From Bacillota bacterium (GTDB taxonomy: Bacteria > Bacillota > Dethiobacteria > DTU022 > PWGO01), in contig JAAYSV010000041.1 in NCBI GenBank assembly GCA_012518215.1, positions 30,931 through 94,930 on the forward strand: 64,000 nt of DNA, in the 5' to 3' direction. Of the stretch, positions 30,142-41,080 are shown one piece after another; positions within the stretch are counted from its first letter, which is position 1; each line of letters opens with the position of its first letter. Made by a program: the position numbers and the translations under genes. The notes under the pieces were generated by a model. It was not told where the DNA came from. It did no database searches and was given only the letters and a program-made list of their open reading frames with translations.

Positions 30142-30603
30142 TTAAATATTTTTAATATGAGAAGGTTGCAGCAATTTTATCCTGACCCCGGCTTCGCGGA
30201 AGACTTCTTTGGATAGATCATCGGGGTAATCTTCCTTGATAATTACCTCTTTCACGCCCGCATTCACGAGCATCTTGGCACAGACCACACACGGATGATG
30301 GGTACAGTATATTACCCCTCCCCTGATGCTAACTCCGTACAGGGCTGCCTGGATGATGGCATTCTGTTCGGCATGCAACCCCCGGCAGAGTTCATGACGT
30401 TCTCCGGGGGGAATATCTTGTTTCAACCTCAAACATCCATGGCGTTCACAATGTTCCAATCCGCTTGGAGCACCGTTGTACCCCGTGGTCAGTATGCGTC
30501 TGCCAGAAACGATGACTGCCCCGACCTTCCTTCTTAAACAGGTAGAACGGGTGGAAACCACTTCGGCAACAGACATGAAATACTCATCCCAGGAAGGGCG
30601 CAT
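30142..30603 (-). CDS. comEB: dCMP deaminase (ComEB/Dcd-type cytidine-deoxycytidylate deaminase)
   Basis: Zinc-binding HAEQNAI and PCVVCAKM motifs. Confidence 0.8.
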   Translation of the reverse strand: MRPSWDEYFMSVAEVVSTRSTCLRRKVGAVIVSGRRILTTGYNGAPSGLEHCERHGCLRLKQDIPPGERHELCRGLHAEQNAIIQAALYGVSIRGGVIYCTHHPCVVCAKMLVNAGVKEVIIKEDYPDDLSKEVFREAGVRIKLLQPSHIKNI

Positions 30604-30659
30604 GCTGGTTCAAACCTCTCCTTCAAAACAAAATCTGCAAGCCGCGGAAATTTTTATCG

Positions 30660-31970
30660 TCATGACAGAGGAAATTCCGCGCACAACTTGACAACTTTCT
30701 GGCGTGTCCTGTGCATCACGTCTTCGCTGCCGGGGTTGCGTAAAGATTCGTTGATAACGGCGGCGATGATCTTCATCTCATCCGTTCCCATGCCCCTGGT
30801 CGTGATTGCCGGGGTTCCCAATCTTATCCCGCTGGTTACCTGGTGGGGTTGGGGATCGTAAGGAATGGCATTCTTGTTGGCGGTGATACCCACATCCTCC
30901 AGGATCATCTCCGCCACGGAGCCGGTGATACCAATGTTTCTCAAATCAACCAGTACCAGATGGTTGTCCGTTCCCCCGGTAACCAGATCGAAGCCATGGT
31001 CGATCAGCTCCGTGGCCAACACCTGTGCGTTTTGGAGAACTTGCTGCTGGTAGACAGTGAATTCAGGAGCCATGGCCTCCTTGAAGGCCACGGCCTTGGC
31101 CGCTATGATATGCATCAGGGGGCCACCCTGTATGCCGGGAAACACCGCCTGGTCGATCATCGCGGCAAATTTGCGGCGGCAGAGAATGAACCCTCCCCGC
31201 GGCCCCCTCATCGTCTTGTGGGTGGTCGATGTTACAACATCGGCATACTCAACCGGAGAAGGATGCAAGCCAGCTATCACCAGCCCGGCAATATGGGCAA
31301 TGTCAGCCAACAGGTATGCACCGCATTCATCTGCAATCTCACGAAATGTTTTGAAATCTATGATCCGGGGATAGGCGCTTGCCCCGCAGATGATAAGCCG
31401 GGGACGTTTTTCAAGCGCGATGCGGCGTACCTTTTCCATGTCCAGATAGCCGCTTTCTCGATCAACGCCATAGCTGCTCACCGTGAAATATTTTCCGGAG
31501 ATATTCGAGGAACTGCCGTGGGTGAGGTGCCCCCCATCCGAAAGGCCCATGCTCAGAACACGATCCCCGGGGGCAAGGAGAGCAAAGAAGGCAGCCAGGT
31601 TCGCCGGTGCTCCCGCATGGGGCTGCACATTGGCATGTTCCGCCTTGAACAGTTCCATGGCCCTCCGCCGGGCCAACTCCTCCACTTCGTCCACGTAAGC
31701 ACATCCGCCATAGTAACGTGCACCGGGGTAACCTTCCGCATATTTGTTGGTAAGAATGGAGCCCTGCGCCTCCAGAACCGCCTTGCTGACGAAATTTTCC
31801 GAAGCAATCATCTCGATTTTTTCTTCCTGGCGGCGCTGTTCCCTGGCAATGGCCTCTGCAATTTGCGGATCAAGACGGCCAAGATCCGCCTCATCGAATA
31901 GTTGATGGCATTCCTTGGGCATGTATCTACTCCCCTTCCGTAAGCTCGGACTCATATTTTCTTTGTTCAT
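30660..31970 (-). CDS. glyA: Serine hydroxymethyltransferase
   Basis: 436 aa. PLP-lysine block [12 protein letters not shown] and full-length SHMT conservation. Confidence 0.95.
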   Translation of the reverse strand: MNKENMSPSLRKGSRYMPKECHQLFDEADLGRLDPQIAEAIAREQRRQEEKIEMIASENFVSKAVLEAQGSILTNKYAEGYPGARYYGGCAYVDEVEELARRRAMELFKAEHANVQPHAGAPANLAAFFALLAPGDRVLSMGLSDGGHLTHGSSSNISGKYFTVSSYGVDRESGYLDMEKVRRIALEKRPRLIICGASAYPRIIDFKTFREIADECGAYLLADIAHIAGLVIAGLHPSPVEYADVVTSTTHKTMRGPRGGFILCRRKFAAMIDQAVFPGIQGGPLMHIIAAKAVAFKEAMAPEFTVYQQQVLQNAQVLATELIDHGFDLVTGGTDNHLVLVDLRNIGITGSVAEMILEDVGITANKNAIPYDPQPHQVTSGIRLGTPAITTRGMGTDEMKIIAAVINESLRNPGSEDVMHRTRQKVVKLCAEFPLS

Positions 31971-32419
31971 TCATGGCCCTGTTCCTCGTAAATATTTATC
32001 TTTTTGACTCTTTCCAGATGACGCCCCCCGGCAAAGGAAGTATTGATGAATGCATCGACAATATCCTGAGCCAGCCCTTTGCCGATCACTCGCGCACCCA
32101 TGGTCAGGACATTGGCATCGTTGTGTTCCCTTGCCGCATGGGCGGTAAAGGTATCGCCACAGAGAGCGGCACGGATACCCCGCATCTTGTTTGCGGTTAT
32201 TGAAACCCCCACACCTGTCCCGCAGACAATGATGCCGAAATCAAATTTGCCGTCCTGTACGCTCTTCCCCACAGTATAGGCGATGTCCGGATAGTCTATG
32301 GGGGATTCATCAAAGGTGCCAAAATCATAGACATGGATATTTTTCCCCTGCAGATATTCCTTGACAGTTTCTTTCAACCGGAACCCGGCATGGTCGCAAC
32401 CCAGAGCAATCTTCATCAA
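31967..32419 (-). CDS. rpiB: Ribose-5-phosphate isomerase B
   Basis: 150 aa RpiB/LacAB fold ([18 protein letters not shown]). ATGA overlap with glyA. Confidence 0.9.
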   Translation of the reverse strand: MMKIALGCDHAGFRLKETVKEYLQGKNIHVYDFGTFDESPIDYPDIAYTVGKSVQDGKFDFGIIVCGTGVGVSITANKMRGIRAALCGDTFTAHAAREHNDANVLTMGARVIGKGLAQDIVDAFINTSFAGGRHLERVKKINIYEEQGHE

Positions 32420-32436
32420 AATCCCTCCAAGATCAG

Positions 32437-32940
32437 TTATGGGGTTTCAAAATAGTTTTCCATTATCGCCAATAACTTCAAAACGGAGGCCCGGATTTCC
32501 TGCAAAGAATATTCGTAAACACCCAGATCTCCTCCGTACGGGTCCTCGATATCGCCATCGTCGGCAATCTTTACAAACTCTTTCAATGTTTTTATTTTAC
32601 TGGCATCCTTTTCCGAGGCCATGTAAAGTGCCTGCGCTTTGTGTGCGCGGGTCATGGTCAGGATCAGGTCGGCTTCGGCGATCATTTCCGGGGTAAGTTG
32701 CCGGGCACGATGGGAAGAAACATCAATCCCTTCTTCACCCAGCAGGAACAACACCTTGTCCGTGGCACGGGAACCTGTACAGGCATGCAATCCGGCCGAA
32801 CTGACATCCAGATCAAGAGAATGAGTCCCCTTGTCGGACCAGAGGTGCCTGAGAAGGGCCTCGGCCATTATACTGCGGCAGATGTTGCCGGTACAGACAA
32901 AAACAACAAGTTTGCTCTCTTTGGTTTTCTTTCTTTTCAA
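32437..32940 (-). CDS. ywlE: Low-molecular-weight protein phosphatase, YwlE-type protein-arginine/tyrosine phosphatase
   Basis: P-loop VCTGNICRS. Position between ywlC(tsaC) and rpiB mirrors B. subtilis ywlC-ywlE-ywlF-glyA. Confidence 0.75.
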   Translation of the reverse strand: MKRKKTKESKLVVFVCTGNICRSIMAEALLRHLWSDKGTHSLDLDVSSAGLHACTGSRATDKVLFLLGEEGIDVSSHRARQLTPEMIAEADLILTMTRAHKAQALYMASEKDASKIKTLKEFVKIADDGDIEDPYGGDLGVYEYSLQEIRASVLKLLAIMENYFETP

Positions 32941-32977
32941 ATCGATTCTTTCCCCCGCCGCAATATCTACCCATGTA

Positions 32978-34036
32978 TTATATCACATCCACGACACGAT
33001 CCGCCGCTTTCTGCAAGCGATTCATCAATGCCAACCCCAGGGGATCTTCCTCACAGAGGCCCTCGCCCAATATGACGTCAACCCCCGAACGGTCAAGTTC
33101 GCGCAGGGCATGGTAAAAGGATGCAGCCACTTCTTGCAAGGCCGCCTGCCGGCCCAGAACCCGGATCAGGCCCTGGCGGAAATGGCCCCTGTTTTCCGCG
33201 GTGCAGAGTACCCCTACTTTTCGGCCCTCGCCTACCAGGCGGTGACAGACAGAAGCCATCTTCTCACCGACTTTTGAAGAAAAACCCCTGAAGAGGATCA
33301 GTTCCGCCCGGGGAGCATAATGCCTGCGGCGGGAAGACGGATGAAACGATGCTGGGGATTCTTCCCCGCCCGCGATCAGGACAGGAGCCTGCAAACACGA
33401 GGCCAATTCTTCCCGACCGATGCTTCCCGGACGCAACAGAACCGGTTTTTCTCCGGCCAGATCAAGGACCGTCGATTCTATCCCGATGGGGCAACGCCCC
33501 CCCGTCAGTATGGCATCTATCTTTCCCGCGAAATCCTCGATCACATGAGCAGCCTCGGTCGGGCTGGGGGTTCCCGACAGGTTGGCACTGGGAGCAACTA
33601 CGGGAAATCCGCATTCTTCGATCAGTGCCAGGGCCGCAGGATGAGCGGGCATCCTGATCGCCACGGTGGGCAGACCAGCAGTTACCAGCGGCGATATCCT
33701 TTCTCTTTTTTTCAGGACGAGGGTAAGCGGACCGGGCCAGAATGTTCCGGCCAGTTTTGCAACTTCTGCAGGAGGTTCATGGGCCAGAGCCGCCACCTGG
33801 GAGAAATCTGCAATATGCATGATCAGCGGCTTGCCGGCCGGACGCCCCTTCACGGCAAAGATCCTTTCGAGAGCACGGTCGTTGCCAGGATCAGCACCGA
33901 GGCCGTAAACCGTTTCGGTGGGGAAAGCAACCAGGCCTCCGCGTTTGATGATTTCCGCTGCCCTTCTTATTTCATTATTTTTTTCCTTGCCGTAATGCAG
34001 TACCAGCGTTCCTTTAACTGTGGTCGGCTCGGACAT
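32978..34036 (-). CDS. tsaC: L-threonylcarbamoyladenylate synthase (Sua5/YwlC/TsaC family, with Sua5 C-terminal domain)
   Basis: YrdC-domain motifs (VAFPTETVYGLGAD). Start taken at internal Met 50 (MSEPTTVKG), so the track ORF has a 49-aa spurious extension. Confidence 0.85.
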   Translation of the reverse strand: MSEPTTVKGTLVLHYGKEKNNEIRRAAEIIKRGGLVAFPTETVYGLGADPGNDRALERIFAVKGRPAGKPLIMHIADFSQVAALAHEPPAEVAKLAGTFWPGPLTLVLKKRERISPLVTAGLPTVAIRMPAHPAALALIEECGFPVVAPSANLSGTPSPTEAAHVIEDFAGKIDAILTGGRCPIGIESTVLDLAGEKPVLLRPGSIGREELASCLQAPVLIAGGEESPASFHPSSRRRHYAPRAELILFRGFSSKVGEKMASVCHRLVGEGRKVGVLCTAENRGHFRQGLIRVLGRQAALQEVAASFYHALRELDRSGVDVILGEGLCEEDPLGLALMNRLQKAADRVVDVI

Positions 34037-34077
34037 GTTGTTAACTGTCCTTTCAGATGATGTGATGGAGATGGCCT

Positions 34078-35682
34078 TTAAAATTCCCCGATGATGGATT
34101 CGGCAATGTTGACTGTATGGTCTGCAGCACGTTCCAGATTGCTTATGGCGTCCAGGAACAGCACACCCGAGGCCGGGTAACATCTTTTTTCATTGATCCT
34201 GCTGATATGCTGTTTTCTAAGTTTTTTCTCCATGTGGTCGATCTCATCATCGCTCTTGATGACCGTCCAGGCCAGGTCTCCGTCTTCACGCTCGAAGGCG
34301 AGGATTGATTTTTCCAGCATAACATCAACTTTTTTATGCATCTGCCGCAATTCGGAGAGCGCCTCGGGAGAAAAAGGAAGCCTGTTCTCAATTTTTTCCT
34401 CGGCCAGTTCCAGTATGTTCTGGGCGTGATCACCGATACGCTCTATGTCGTTGGAAGCCGACATGATCCGGGCCAGCGCCCAGGATTGGCTCGAGGACAA
34501 CGAATGCTGGGAAAGATCGGCCACAAAAAAGGCAATCTCTTTCTCGATCCCATCCACCAGTTCTTCCATCTGATAGACATGTTTGATCTTCTTCTTCCCG
34601 TTTCCGATAAAAACCTCCACGGCTTCTTTGAGCATCTCGCGGGCGATGTCCCCCATGCGGATAATCTCCTGGCGCAACCCGGCAATGGCCGGTTCGGGGG
34701 TCCTCAACATACGGCGGTCAAGATATTTGCTGCCCCGCTCGACAACCTTCTCCTCGCCGGGCACGATTTTTTCGATCAGGTAATTGAAGCGGTTGAAAAA
34801 GAGCATCACGATTGCCGCTGTAAATACGTTGAACAGCGTATGGGCATTGGCAATCTGCCGGGGAATGGTCGAGGCCGTATGCATCACCAGCCAGGTAAAA
34901 GGTTTCAACAGTAGCAGGGTCAGAACCACCCCGAACAGATTGAAAAAGATATGCGCGGCAACAGCCCTCCGGGCTGAAAGGCTGGCCCCGAAACTGGCGA
35001 TCAGCGCTGTGACGCAGGTACCCAGGTTGGCACCAAGTACAAAGGGAACCGCCGCTGAAAAGCTGATCGCATCCTGCAGTGCCAATGAGATTATAATCAC
35101 GGTCACCGCCCCGCTATTCTGGATAAGAGCGGTAAAGGCTGTCGCGGCCAGTACTCCCAGAAGAGGGTAGTCGCTGAAGTAGATCAACATGTTCTGGAAA
35201 GCGGGCATTTCTTTCAGGGGGTTCATACCCGCCGACATGGTCATGAGCCCCATGAACAGGAGGCCAAATCCAAGGATGGTCTGTCCTATGTACTTGTGAA
35301 GCCGGCGCTTCCCCAGAAAATTCAAAAGGGCCCCGACTCCGATTGCCGGCAGGGCCAGAAAATCTATTTTAAACGAAATTATCTGGGCCGTGAGTGTGGT
35401 TCCGATGTTGGAACCGATGATCGTGGCTATGGCTTGCGAGAGGGTCATTATCCCGGCATTGACGAAACCGACCACCATCACGGTGGCTGTGCTACTGCTT
35501 TGAATCAATATGGTAATAACTATACCTGTGAAAACGGCAACCAAAGGGTTGGCCGTCAGAGCCTCCAGAATGCGCCGCAATTTGTCTCCCGCCGCTTTCT
35601 GCATCCCCGAAGCCATCATCTGTATCCCCACAAAAAAAAGCCCCAGGCCTCCGACCAAGCTGAAGATCAAATTCAACCACAT
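34078..35682 (-). CDS. Na/Pi-cotransporter II-related protein with C-terminal PhoU-like repeats
   Basis: N-terminal duplicated transporter halves plus C-terminal cytoplasmic PhoU-like helical repeats. 534 aa. Confidence 0.75.
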   Translation of the reverse strand: MWLNLIFSLVGGLGLFFVGIQMMASGMQKAAGDKLRRILEALTANPLVAVFTGIVITILIQSSSTATVMVVGFVNAGIMTLSQAIATIIGSNIGTTLTAQIISFKIDFLALPAIGVGALLNFLGKRRLHKYIGQTILGFGLLFMGLMTMSAGMNPLKEMPAFQNMLIYFSDYPLLGVLAATAFTALIQNSGAVTVIIISLALQDAISFSAAVPFVLGANLGTCVTALIASFGASLSARRAVAAHIFFNLFGVVLTLLLLKPFTWLVMHTASTIPRQIANAHTLFNVFTAAIVMLFFNRFNYLIEKIVPGEEKVVERGSKYLDRRMLRTPEPAIAGLRQEIIRMGDIAREMLKEAVEVFIGNGKKKIKHVYQMEELVDGIEKEIAFFVADLSQHSLSSSQSWALARIMSASNDIERIGDHAQNILELAEEKIENRLPFSPEALSELRQMHKKVDVMLEKSILAFEREDGDLAWTVIKSDDEIDHMEKKLRKQHISRINEKRCYPASGVLFLDAISNLERAADHTVNIAESIIGEF

Positions 35683-35746
35683 GTGTGCTTCTATCCTTCC
35701 GGGATGAATAGCCCCTTTTCAATCCTGCACCATTATAAGTTATCCC

Positions 35747-36478
35747 CTATTCTTTTTCAATGCAGTTTTTGATCCATTCCCAGATTTTGATTTTCCACCG
35801 CCCCTTCATTTCAATTTCCGGAAGGTAACGCCCCAACCCGTTCCACCACGTCTCTGCAAGGGCTTCATCAACCCTGCTTTCGCTTTCTCCCGTCGCCATC
35901 GTTTCTACGGCAGCCTGCTCGTCTTCTTCCTCTTTTTCAATCTCATCGGTCATCTCCGCCAGGGGGAAACAAAGCGGCGGATAGAGAAGGCACCACCAAT
36001 TTTGACCCTTTCCATCACCGATGCTGACAACAAGGGCCATGTATTTACCCGGGGGATAGATCTCTTCACCGTAATGCCGCAATGGAAAATATTCTTCCTT
36101 CAACTCCACCTTCAAACGGTGATCGAGACCTCCGTCCATCTTTTTCAATCGGCCACGAAGATGGTTTTCCAGTGGCACCAGTTCTTTCCCGATATTATCT
36201 ATCAGTTCATCGTAAGAAATGATATGGCGATAATGATCAACAGAGGCCAGCAGTTCATCCCTGACCTTATTTTTCAACTCCTGTTCTGCGGGGCTGTCGT
36301 CATGAGCCAGTATGTGCACCCTCAATATCGGCCCGGCGGGGTCATGAACAACCCATTTATCCTCCCCACGCGCATCGCCGTACCGGTAGACGAACAGAAT
36401 GGCCAGAGCAAGGGCAACCACAATCAAACAAAACAAACTTTTTTTTATTATTGTTCGCAGGTTTTGTTTCTGTTCCAT
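35747..36478 (-). CDS. spoIIR: Stage II sporulation protein R (forespore signal activating pro-sigma-E processing)
   Basis: N-terminal TM/signal then SpoIIR domain (ILRVHILAHDDSPAEQELK). Start directly abuts the sigG stop. Confidence 0.85.
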   Translation of the reverse strand: MEQKQNLRTIIKKSLFCLIVVALALAILFVYRYGDARGEDKWVVHDPAGPILRVHILAHDDSPAEQELKNKVRDELLASVDHYRHIISYDELIDNIGKELVPLENHLRGRLKKMDGGLDHRLKVELKEEYFPLRHYGEEIYPPGKYMALVVSIGDGKGQNWWCLLYPPLCFPLAEMTDEIEKEEEDEQAAVETMATGESESRVDEALAETWWNGLGRYLPEIEMKGRWKIKIWEWIKNCIEKE

Positions 36479-37300
36479 CTATACCCCCCCTTCTTCCCTT
36501 TTTTTCTGTTCTTTCTGTTCCTGATAATAGCGATGGCGCAAAAATTTCAATGCCGCCTTCTCCAGCCGGGAAACCTGGGCCTGGGAGATGCCAATCTCCC
36601 CGGCTATTTCAAGCTGTGTCTTCCCCTCAAAAAACCTGGCTTCAAGGATTTCCTTCTCCCGGGGTGGCAATTTGTCCAGAGCTTCCTTGATAGCGATGTT
36701 TTCAATCCAATTTTCAGCAGTCTGGCACTGGTCGCTGATGAGATCCATGATATAGACCGGATCGGTACTGTCATTGAAGACGGGGTCATGCAGCGAAAGA
36801 GGGTCATGGCATGAGTTCAGGGCAAATACAGCCTCTTCAACGGTGATATCAAGTTCGGCGGCAATTTCCTTGAGGGTGACCTCACGCAGGTGATCCTTGG
36901 TCAGCATCTCACGCGTCTGCTGTATGCGGTGGGCAAGGTTCTTTATGGAACGGCTGATATGGATGCTGTTGTTGTTGTCCCGAAGATAGCGTTTGATTTC
37001 CCCGATGATCATGGGGACGGCATAGGTGGAAAAATTCACTTTTTGTTCAAGTTCAAAATTGTCAATGGCCTTCATCAGCCCGATACATCCAACCTGGAAG
37101 AGATCGTCCAGGGATTCGCCCCGGTTCTTGAACCTCTGCAGGATGCTGAGGACCAGCCGCAAATTCCCCTCGATAAGTTTCTGCCGTGCACTTTCATCCC
37201 CATCTTTCAGATCACGCAGCAGCTCGATCATTTTTTTGTTGTTGATCACGGGAAGTTTGTAAGTGTTAACCCCGCTTATCTGGACTTTCCTCGGCAACAT
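36479..37300 (-). CDS. sigG: Sporulation sigma factor SigG
   Basis: Near-collinear identity to B. subtilis SigG through regions 2-4 (GNLRLVLS..QRF.NRGE..DDLFQVGCIGLMK, STYAVPMIIGEI.RYLRDN, GISQAQVSRLEKAA). Start at Met 37 with strong RBS GGTGAGGAGGGGTGAG. Confidence 0.85.
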   Translation of the reverse strand: MLPRKVQISGVNTYKLPVINNKKMIELLRDLKDGDESARQKLIEGNLRLVLSILQRFKNRGESLDDLFQVGCIGLMKAIDNFELEQKVNFSTYAVPMIIGEIKRYLRDNNNSIHISRSIKNLAHRIQQTREMLTKDHLREVTLKEIAAELDITVEEAVFALNSCHDPLSLHDPVFNDSTDPVYIMDLISDQCQTAENWIENIAIKEALDKLPPREKEILEARFFEGKTQLEIAGEIGISQAQVSRLEKAALKFLRHRYYQEQKEQKKREEGGV

Positions 37301-37341
37301 CTCACCCCTCCTCACCCGGGTAACAATTTGTTTTCTGATTA

Positions 37342-37371
37342 TATTATTGCCAGATTTTGTTTGCTTTAGAC
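37342..37371 (-). promoter_or_regulatory. Candidate forespore (SigF/SigG-type) promoter for sigG-spoIIR: -35 GTCTA, 15-nt spacer, -10 GGCAATAATA
   Basis: The -10 fits the SigF consensus GGnrAnAnTw exactly. The -35 is one mismatch from GTATA. ~40 nt upstream of the sigG start. Confidence 0.3.
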
Positions 37372-37706
37372 CGTTCTTACAGTATTGCTTGCAATTTGAA
37401 GGCAACAATCCATTTCAAATGGGGTAAAAAATGCATTGTCAAAATTGATTCCGGGCAGCTTCGCCCGGAAAACGCCGTTCCGCTTCATGCCCATACAGGG
37501 AGTGCCGGCCGGGTAGGTTTTCCATGATGTGTATACGGGGAGCGCGCAGAAAAATCGGCTCGAACCAACGATAGATGCCACATGGTCCGTTTGAGCGAAA
37601 AAAAGATTGATCAACTTCAATAATAAGTATCGAATGGTTTGTGGTATAATTTATAATACTGCAAGCAATCCGTGTACAGATAAAATGGAAAAGGAGGTAT
37701 GCCAGG

Positions 37707-38123
37707 GTGTCGGGCTTAACCAGATTTGGCATCTCTATCGACGAAGATCTTCTGGCCCGCTTTGATCAGGAGATCGTGGACAAGGGCTACAAAAACCGTT
37801 CTGAAGCAATCAGGGATCTGATCCGCAATCAGCTCGTGGAGCAGGACTGGAAAGATGAAGACGAGGAAGTGGCAGGAACCATAACATTGGTCTACAATCA
37901 CCATACACGGGGGCTTTCCGATCTTTTGACTGAACTGCAACATGCCTACAACCAGCTCATCCTTTCCACGATGCATGTCCACCTTGACCGTCACAACTGT
38001 CTCGAGATTCTCGTGGTCAAGGGCAAGGTCAGGGAAGCAAAAGAAATCGCAGACAAGCTGTTGAGTGTAAAAGGGGTCCTGCATGGGAAACTAACAGTCA
38101 CCTCTACGGGAAAAAATCTCTAG
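37707..38123 (+). CDS. nikR: Nickel-responsive regulator NikR (ribbon-helix-helix plus ACT-like metal-binding domain)
   Basis: N-terminal RHH ([15 protein letters not shown]) and C-terminal H..H...C metal-site pattern (HH..., HVHLDRHNC). 138 aa. GTG start 9 nt after GGAGG. Extended -10 TGGTATAAT at ~37642-37650. Confidence 0.75.
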   Translation: MSGLTRFGISIDEDLLARFDQEIVDKGYKNRSEAIRDLIRNQLVEQDWKDEDEEVAGTITLVYNHHTRGLSDLLTELQHAYNQLILSTMHVHLDRHNCLEILVVKGKVREAKEIADKLLSVKGVLHGKLTVTSTGKNL

Positions 38124-38135
38124 AGGAGAGGCAGT

Positions 38136-39020
38136 TTATCTTAACCGGGCCACGACCACCCTGTCGTGACCCTGGTAGTCTTTGATGACCTTCAGGGAAG
38201 CAACCATGGCTACCTGTTTGCATAATTCCTTGACCGCATCCGCAACTTCAACGCCTATTTCCATGACCAGCAGTGCCGATGGGGTAGCATGTTCCCGCAA
38301 TCCGGACAGAAGGGAGCGGTAACTGTCGAGACCATCCCGGCCTCCGTCAAGCGCCCGGGTCGGTTCATGGTCCTTTATCTCGGGTGAAAGTGTCTTGATC
38401 TTGCTGCTGGGGATGTAGGGGGGGTTGGACACGATCACCTCGAAACGTTCTTCCCGGCCATCAAATATTTTCCAGTAGTCGCTTTTCAGAAAACGGATTC
38501 TTTTTTCAACGCCCTGATTCAGAGCGTTCCTCCGGGCAATGCTGAGCGCCGCCGCGGAGATGTCCACGGCCTGAAAACGGGCTGCAGGCAGGAGCCGCGC
38601 CAGTGTCACCACGATAGCACCACTTCCGGTACCCATCTCGATAATATTCAAACCTTCACCTTTTGCCGAACCGTTCTCCCCGAGAGCGGCCATCACGGCT
38701 TCTACAACAAATTCGGTCTCTGGACGGGGGATCAACACTGCGGGGGAAACATGAAAATCTGCTCCGTAGAATTCCTTCACGCCCAGGATATAGGGCAGGG
38801 GACAACGGCCGGCACGGGCCAGAACCGCTTTTTCGTAGGCTTCCTCCACACGGGGGGGGATTTTCTGCCCGCTGTCGACGATCAATTTCCAGCGCGGTAT
38901 CTTCATCACGGCCGCCAAGATTATTTCGGCTTCATCGCGGCTCCCGCCGATTCCCGCGTTCCCGAGGGCAGCGGTGGCATTCCGTACCGCCGCTCCCACA
39001 GTTGTTTCGGGTCGATCCAT
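38136..39020 (-). CDS. prmC: Release-factor glutamine N5-methyltransferase
   Basis: SAM motif EMGTGSGAI and NPPY catalytic motif. Directly downstream of prfA. Confidence 0.85.
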   Translation of the reverse strand: MDRPETTVGAAVRNATAALGNAGIGGSRDEAEIILAAVMKIPRWKLIVDSGQKIPPRVEEAYEKAVLARAGRCPLPYILGVKEFYGADFHVSPAVLIPRPETEFVVEAVMAALGENGSAKGEGLNIIEMGTGSGAIVVTLARLLPAARFQAVDISAAALSIARRNALNQGVEKRIRFLKSDYWKIFDGREERFEVIVSNPPYIPSSKIKTLSPEIKDHEPTRALDGGRDGLDSYRSLLSGLREHATPSALLVMEIGVEVADAVKELCKQVAMVASLKVIKDYQGHDRVVVARLR

Positions 39021-39023
39021 AGG

Positions 39024-40103
39024 TTATTCACCCACCGTGGATAACAACCGGGCCTGATTGTTTCTGATCAACGGGTCGATGATCTCGTCCAGCGTGCCAT
39101 CAAGAACGATGTCAAGCTTGTGCAAGGTCAACTTGATACGGTGGTCCGTGACCCGGTTCTGGGGGAAATTATAAGTTCTGATCCGTTCGCTCCGGTCCCC
39201 TGAACCAACCTGGTTTCTTCGCTCCATGGCCAGTTCAGCTTCCTGTTCCTGCTGCATTTTTTCATAAACCCGCGAACGTAAAACCCTCATCGCCTTCTCC
39301 TTGTTCTTCAGCTGGGATTTCTCATCCTGGCAGGTGGCCACCACCCCCGAGGGCAGGTGAGTGATGCGCACAGCCGATTGGGTGGTGTTCACGCTCTGGC
39401 CACCGGGTCCCGTTGAACAGAAAATATCAATACGCAGATCCTGGGGCTTTATTTCCAGTTCTATCTCCTCCATCTCGGGAAGCACGGCCACGGTGGCCGC
39501 CGAGGTATGGATTCTCCCGCCGGATTCGGTTACCGGTACCCGCTGCACACGATGGACCCCGCTTTCAAATTTGAGGCGGCTGTAAACATTCTTGCCTTCC
39601 ACCGCGAAAACCACTTCCTTGATGCCCCCTATATCCGTGGAATTCATGTCCAGGAGTTCAATTTTCCAGTTGTTGCGTTCCGCATAGCGGGTGTACATCC
39701 TCATCAGATCGGCCGAAAAAAGGGCAGCCTCCTCGCCTCCGGTTCCGGCCCTTATCTCGATAATGACATTCTTTTCATCGCCCGGATCCCGGGGAAGAAG
39801 TAATACTTTCAAGCGCTCTTCCAGTTCCTTTTTTCGTGCTGACAGTTCGGATATTTCTTCGTTCAGGTATTCGACCATCTCCCTGTCCGGTTTTTCAGCC
39901 AGCATCTCCTCGGCCTGGGACAGTTCGTCCCGGGTTTTCTTGAATTCGCGGTATATGTTCACGGTCTCCGTCAGGGAAGAATGTTCTTTCAAATACTTCT
40001 GCCATAATTCCATCCGAGCCATGGTCTCCGGCAAACTGATTTTTTTCTCAAGCTCCATGTAGGTATTTTCCAGGTCATCTAGTTTTTTCAACATGTTCCT
40101 CAA
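39024..40103 (-). CDS. prfA: Peptide chain release factor 1
   Basis: PxT-type decoding region and GGQ motif ([12 protein letters not shown]). Confidence 0.95.
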   Translation of the reverse strand: MRNMLKKLDDLENTYMELEKKISLPETMARMELWQKYLKEHSSLTETVNIYREFKKTRDELSQAEEMLAEKPDREMVEYLNEEISELSARKKELEERLKVLLLPRDPGDEKNVIIEIRAGTGGEEAALFSADLMRMYTRYAERNNWKIELLDMNSTDIGGIKEVVFAVEGKNVYSRLKFESGVHRVQRVPVTESGGRIHTSAATVAVLPEMEEIELEIKPQDLRIDIFCSTGPGGQSVNTTQSAVRITHLPSGVVATCQDEKSQLKNKEKAMRVLRSRVYEKMQQEQEAELAMERRNQVGSGDRSERIRTYNFPQNRVTDHRIKLTLHKLDIVLDGTLDEIIDPLIRNNQARLLSTVGE

Positions 40104-40998
40104 CCTCCTCTGCCGATGGCGGCCCTTCCATGCCCAGCAATGCTTTCAACGAAGCCAGAGCAACCTCTATCTGACCCCGGTCGGGTTCACTGGTCGTAAG
40201 TTTTTGCAGCCATAACCCCGGGTATGCAACATATTCAAGGCACCTGATCCTGCTTTTTGATGACCAGCGGATGATCTCGTAGGCCGTCCCGGCAACGACC
40301 GGCAACAGGGCCAATCTGATCAAAAAACGTTGCCACAACGAAGGCCAGCCAAAGAAGGAGAATAACAGAATGCTGACCACCATCACGATTAGCAGGTAGC
40401 TGGTTCCGCACCGCAGATGTTGGACACCGTATTTCTCCGCCTTTTCCACCACCAGCTCCTCTCCCGCCTCCAGACAATTGATCGCCTTGTGCTCCGCTCC
40501 GTGGTAGGCGAAAAACGCTTTGATTTCACCCCAGAGCGAGATGGCAACAATATACGACACAAACAGGGCTATCCTCAGAAGGCCCTCGGCCAGATTCAGT
40601 ATCAGCGGATGATTGTTCAACGCGGGAAAGATGGATGGAAGATAACGCACCAGAAAAGTGGGCAGCAGGAAAAAAAGTCCAATGCCGATGGCCAGTCCCA
40701 GAAAAACACTTATGGCCGTATGCACGGGGCCCATCGCCTGATCTTCCCCTTCGAAAACCAGCTCCGTTGAAATATTCAGCGCCCGGACACCGATGACCAT
40801 GGATTCGAAGAAAGCCACAATTCCCCGGAAAAAAAACCACCCCCAGAAGGGATGACGGTCTGCCAGGGGCGATAGTTTCTGATGGGATATGTTGATCTTT
40901 CCCTGCTGATCGCGGCAGGCGATGACCATCTTCTCGCGATTGCGCATCATCACGCCATCCAGAACAGCCTGGCCCCCGATCATTTCTTTTTCTTTCAA
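40075..40998 (-). CDS. DUF1385 membrane protein (YqhQ-like)
   Basis: 307 aa. Conserved N-terminal [13 protein letters not shown] block and multiple TM helices. Confidence 0.65.
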   Translation of the reverse strand: MKEKEMIGGQAVLDGVMMRNREKMVIACRDQQGKINISHQKLSPLADRHPFWGWFFFRGIVAFFESMVIGVRALNISTELVFEGEDQAMGPVHTAISVFLGLAIGIGLFFLLPTFLVRYLPSIFPALNNHPLILNLAEGLLRIALFVSYIVAISLWGEIKAFFAYHGAEHKAINCLEAGEELVVEKAEKYGVQHLRCGTSYLLIVMVVSILLFSFFGWPSLWQRFLIRLALLPVVAGTAYEIIRWSSKSRIRCLEYVAYPGLWLQKLTTSEPDRGQIEVALASLKALLGMEGPPSAEEVEEHVEKTR

Positions 40999-41080
40999 CA
41001 GATTTTACCCTCCCGGAATAAAAAAACAGAGCCACAACAATTACATTTTGACACGCTACATTATCGGTGGCCCTGCATGG

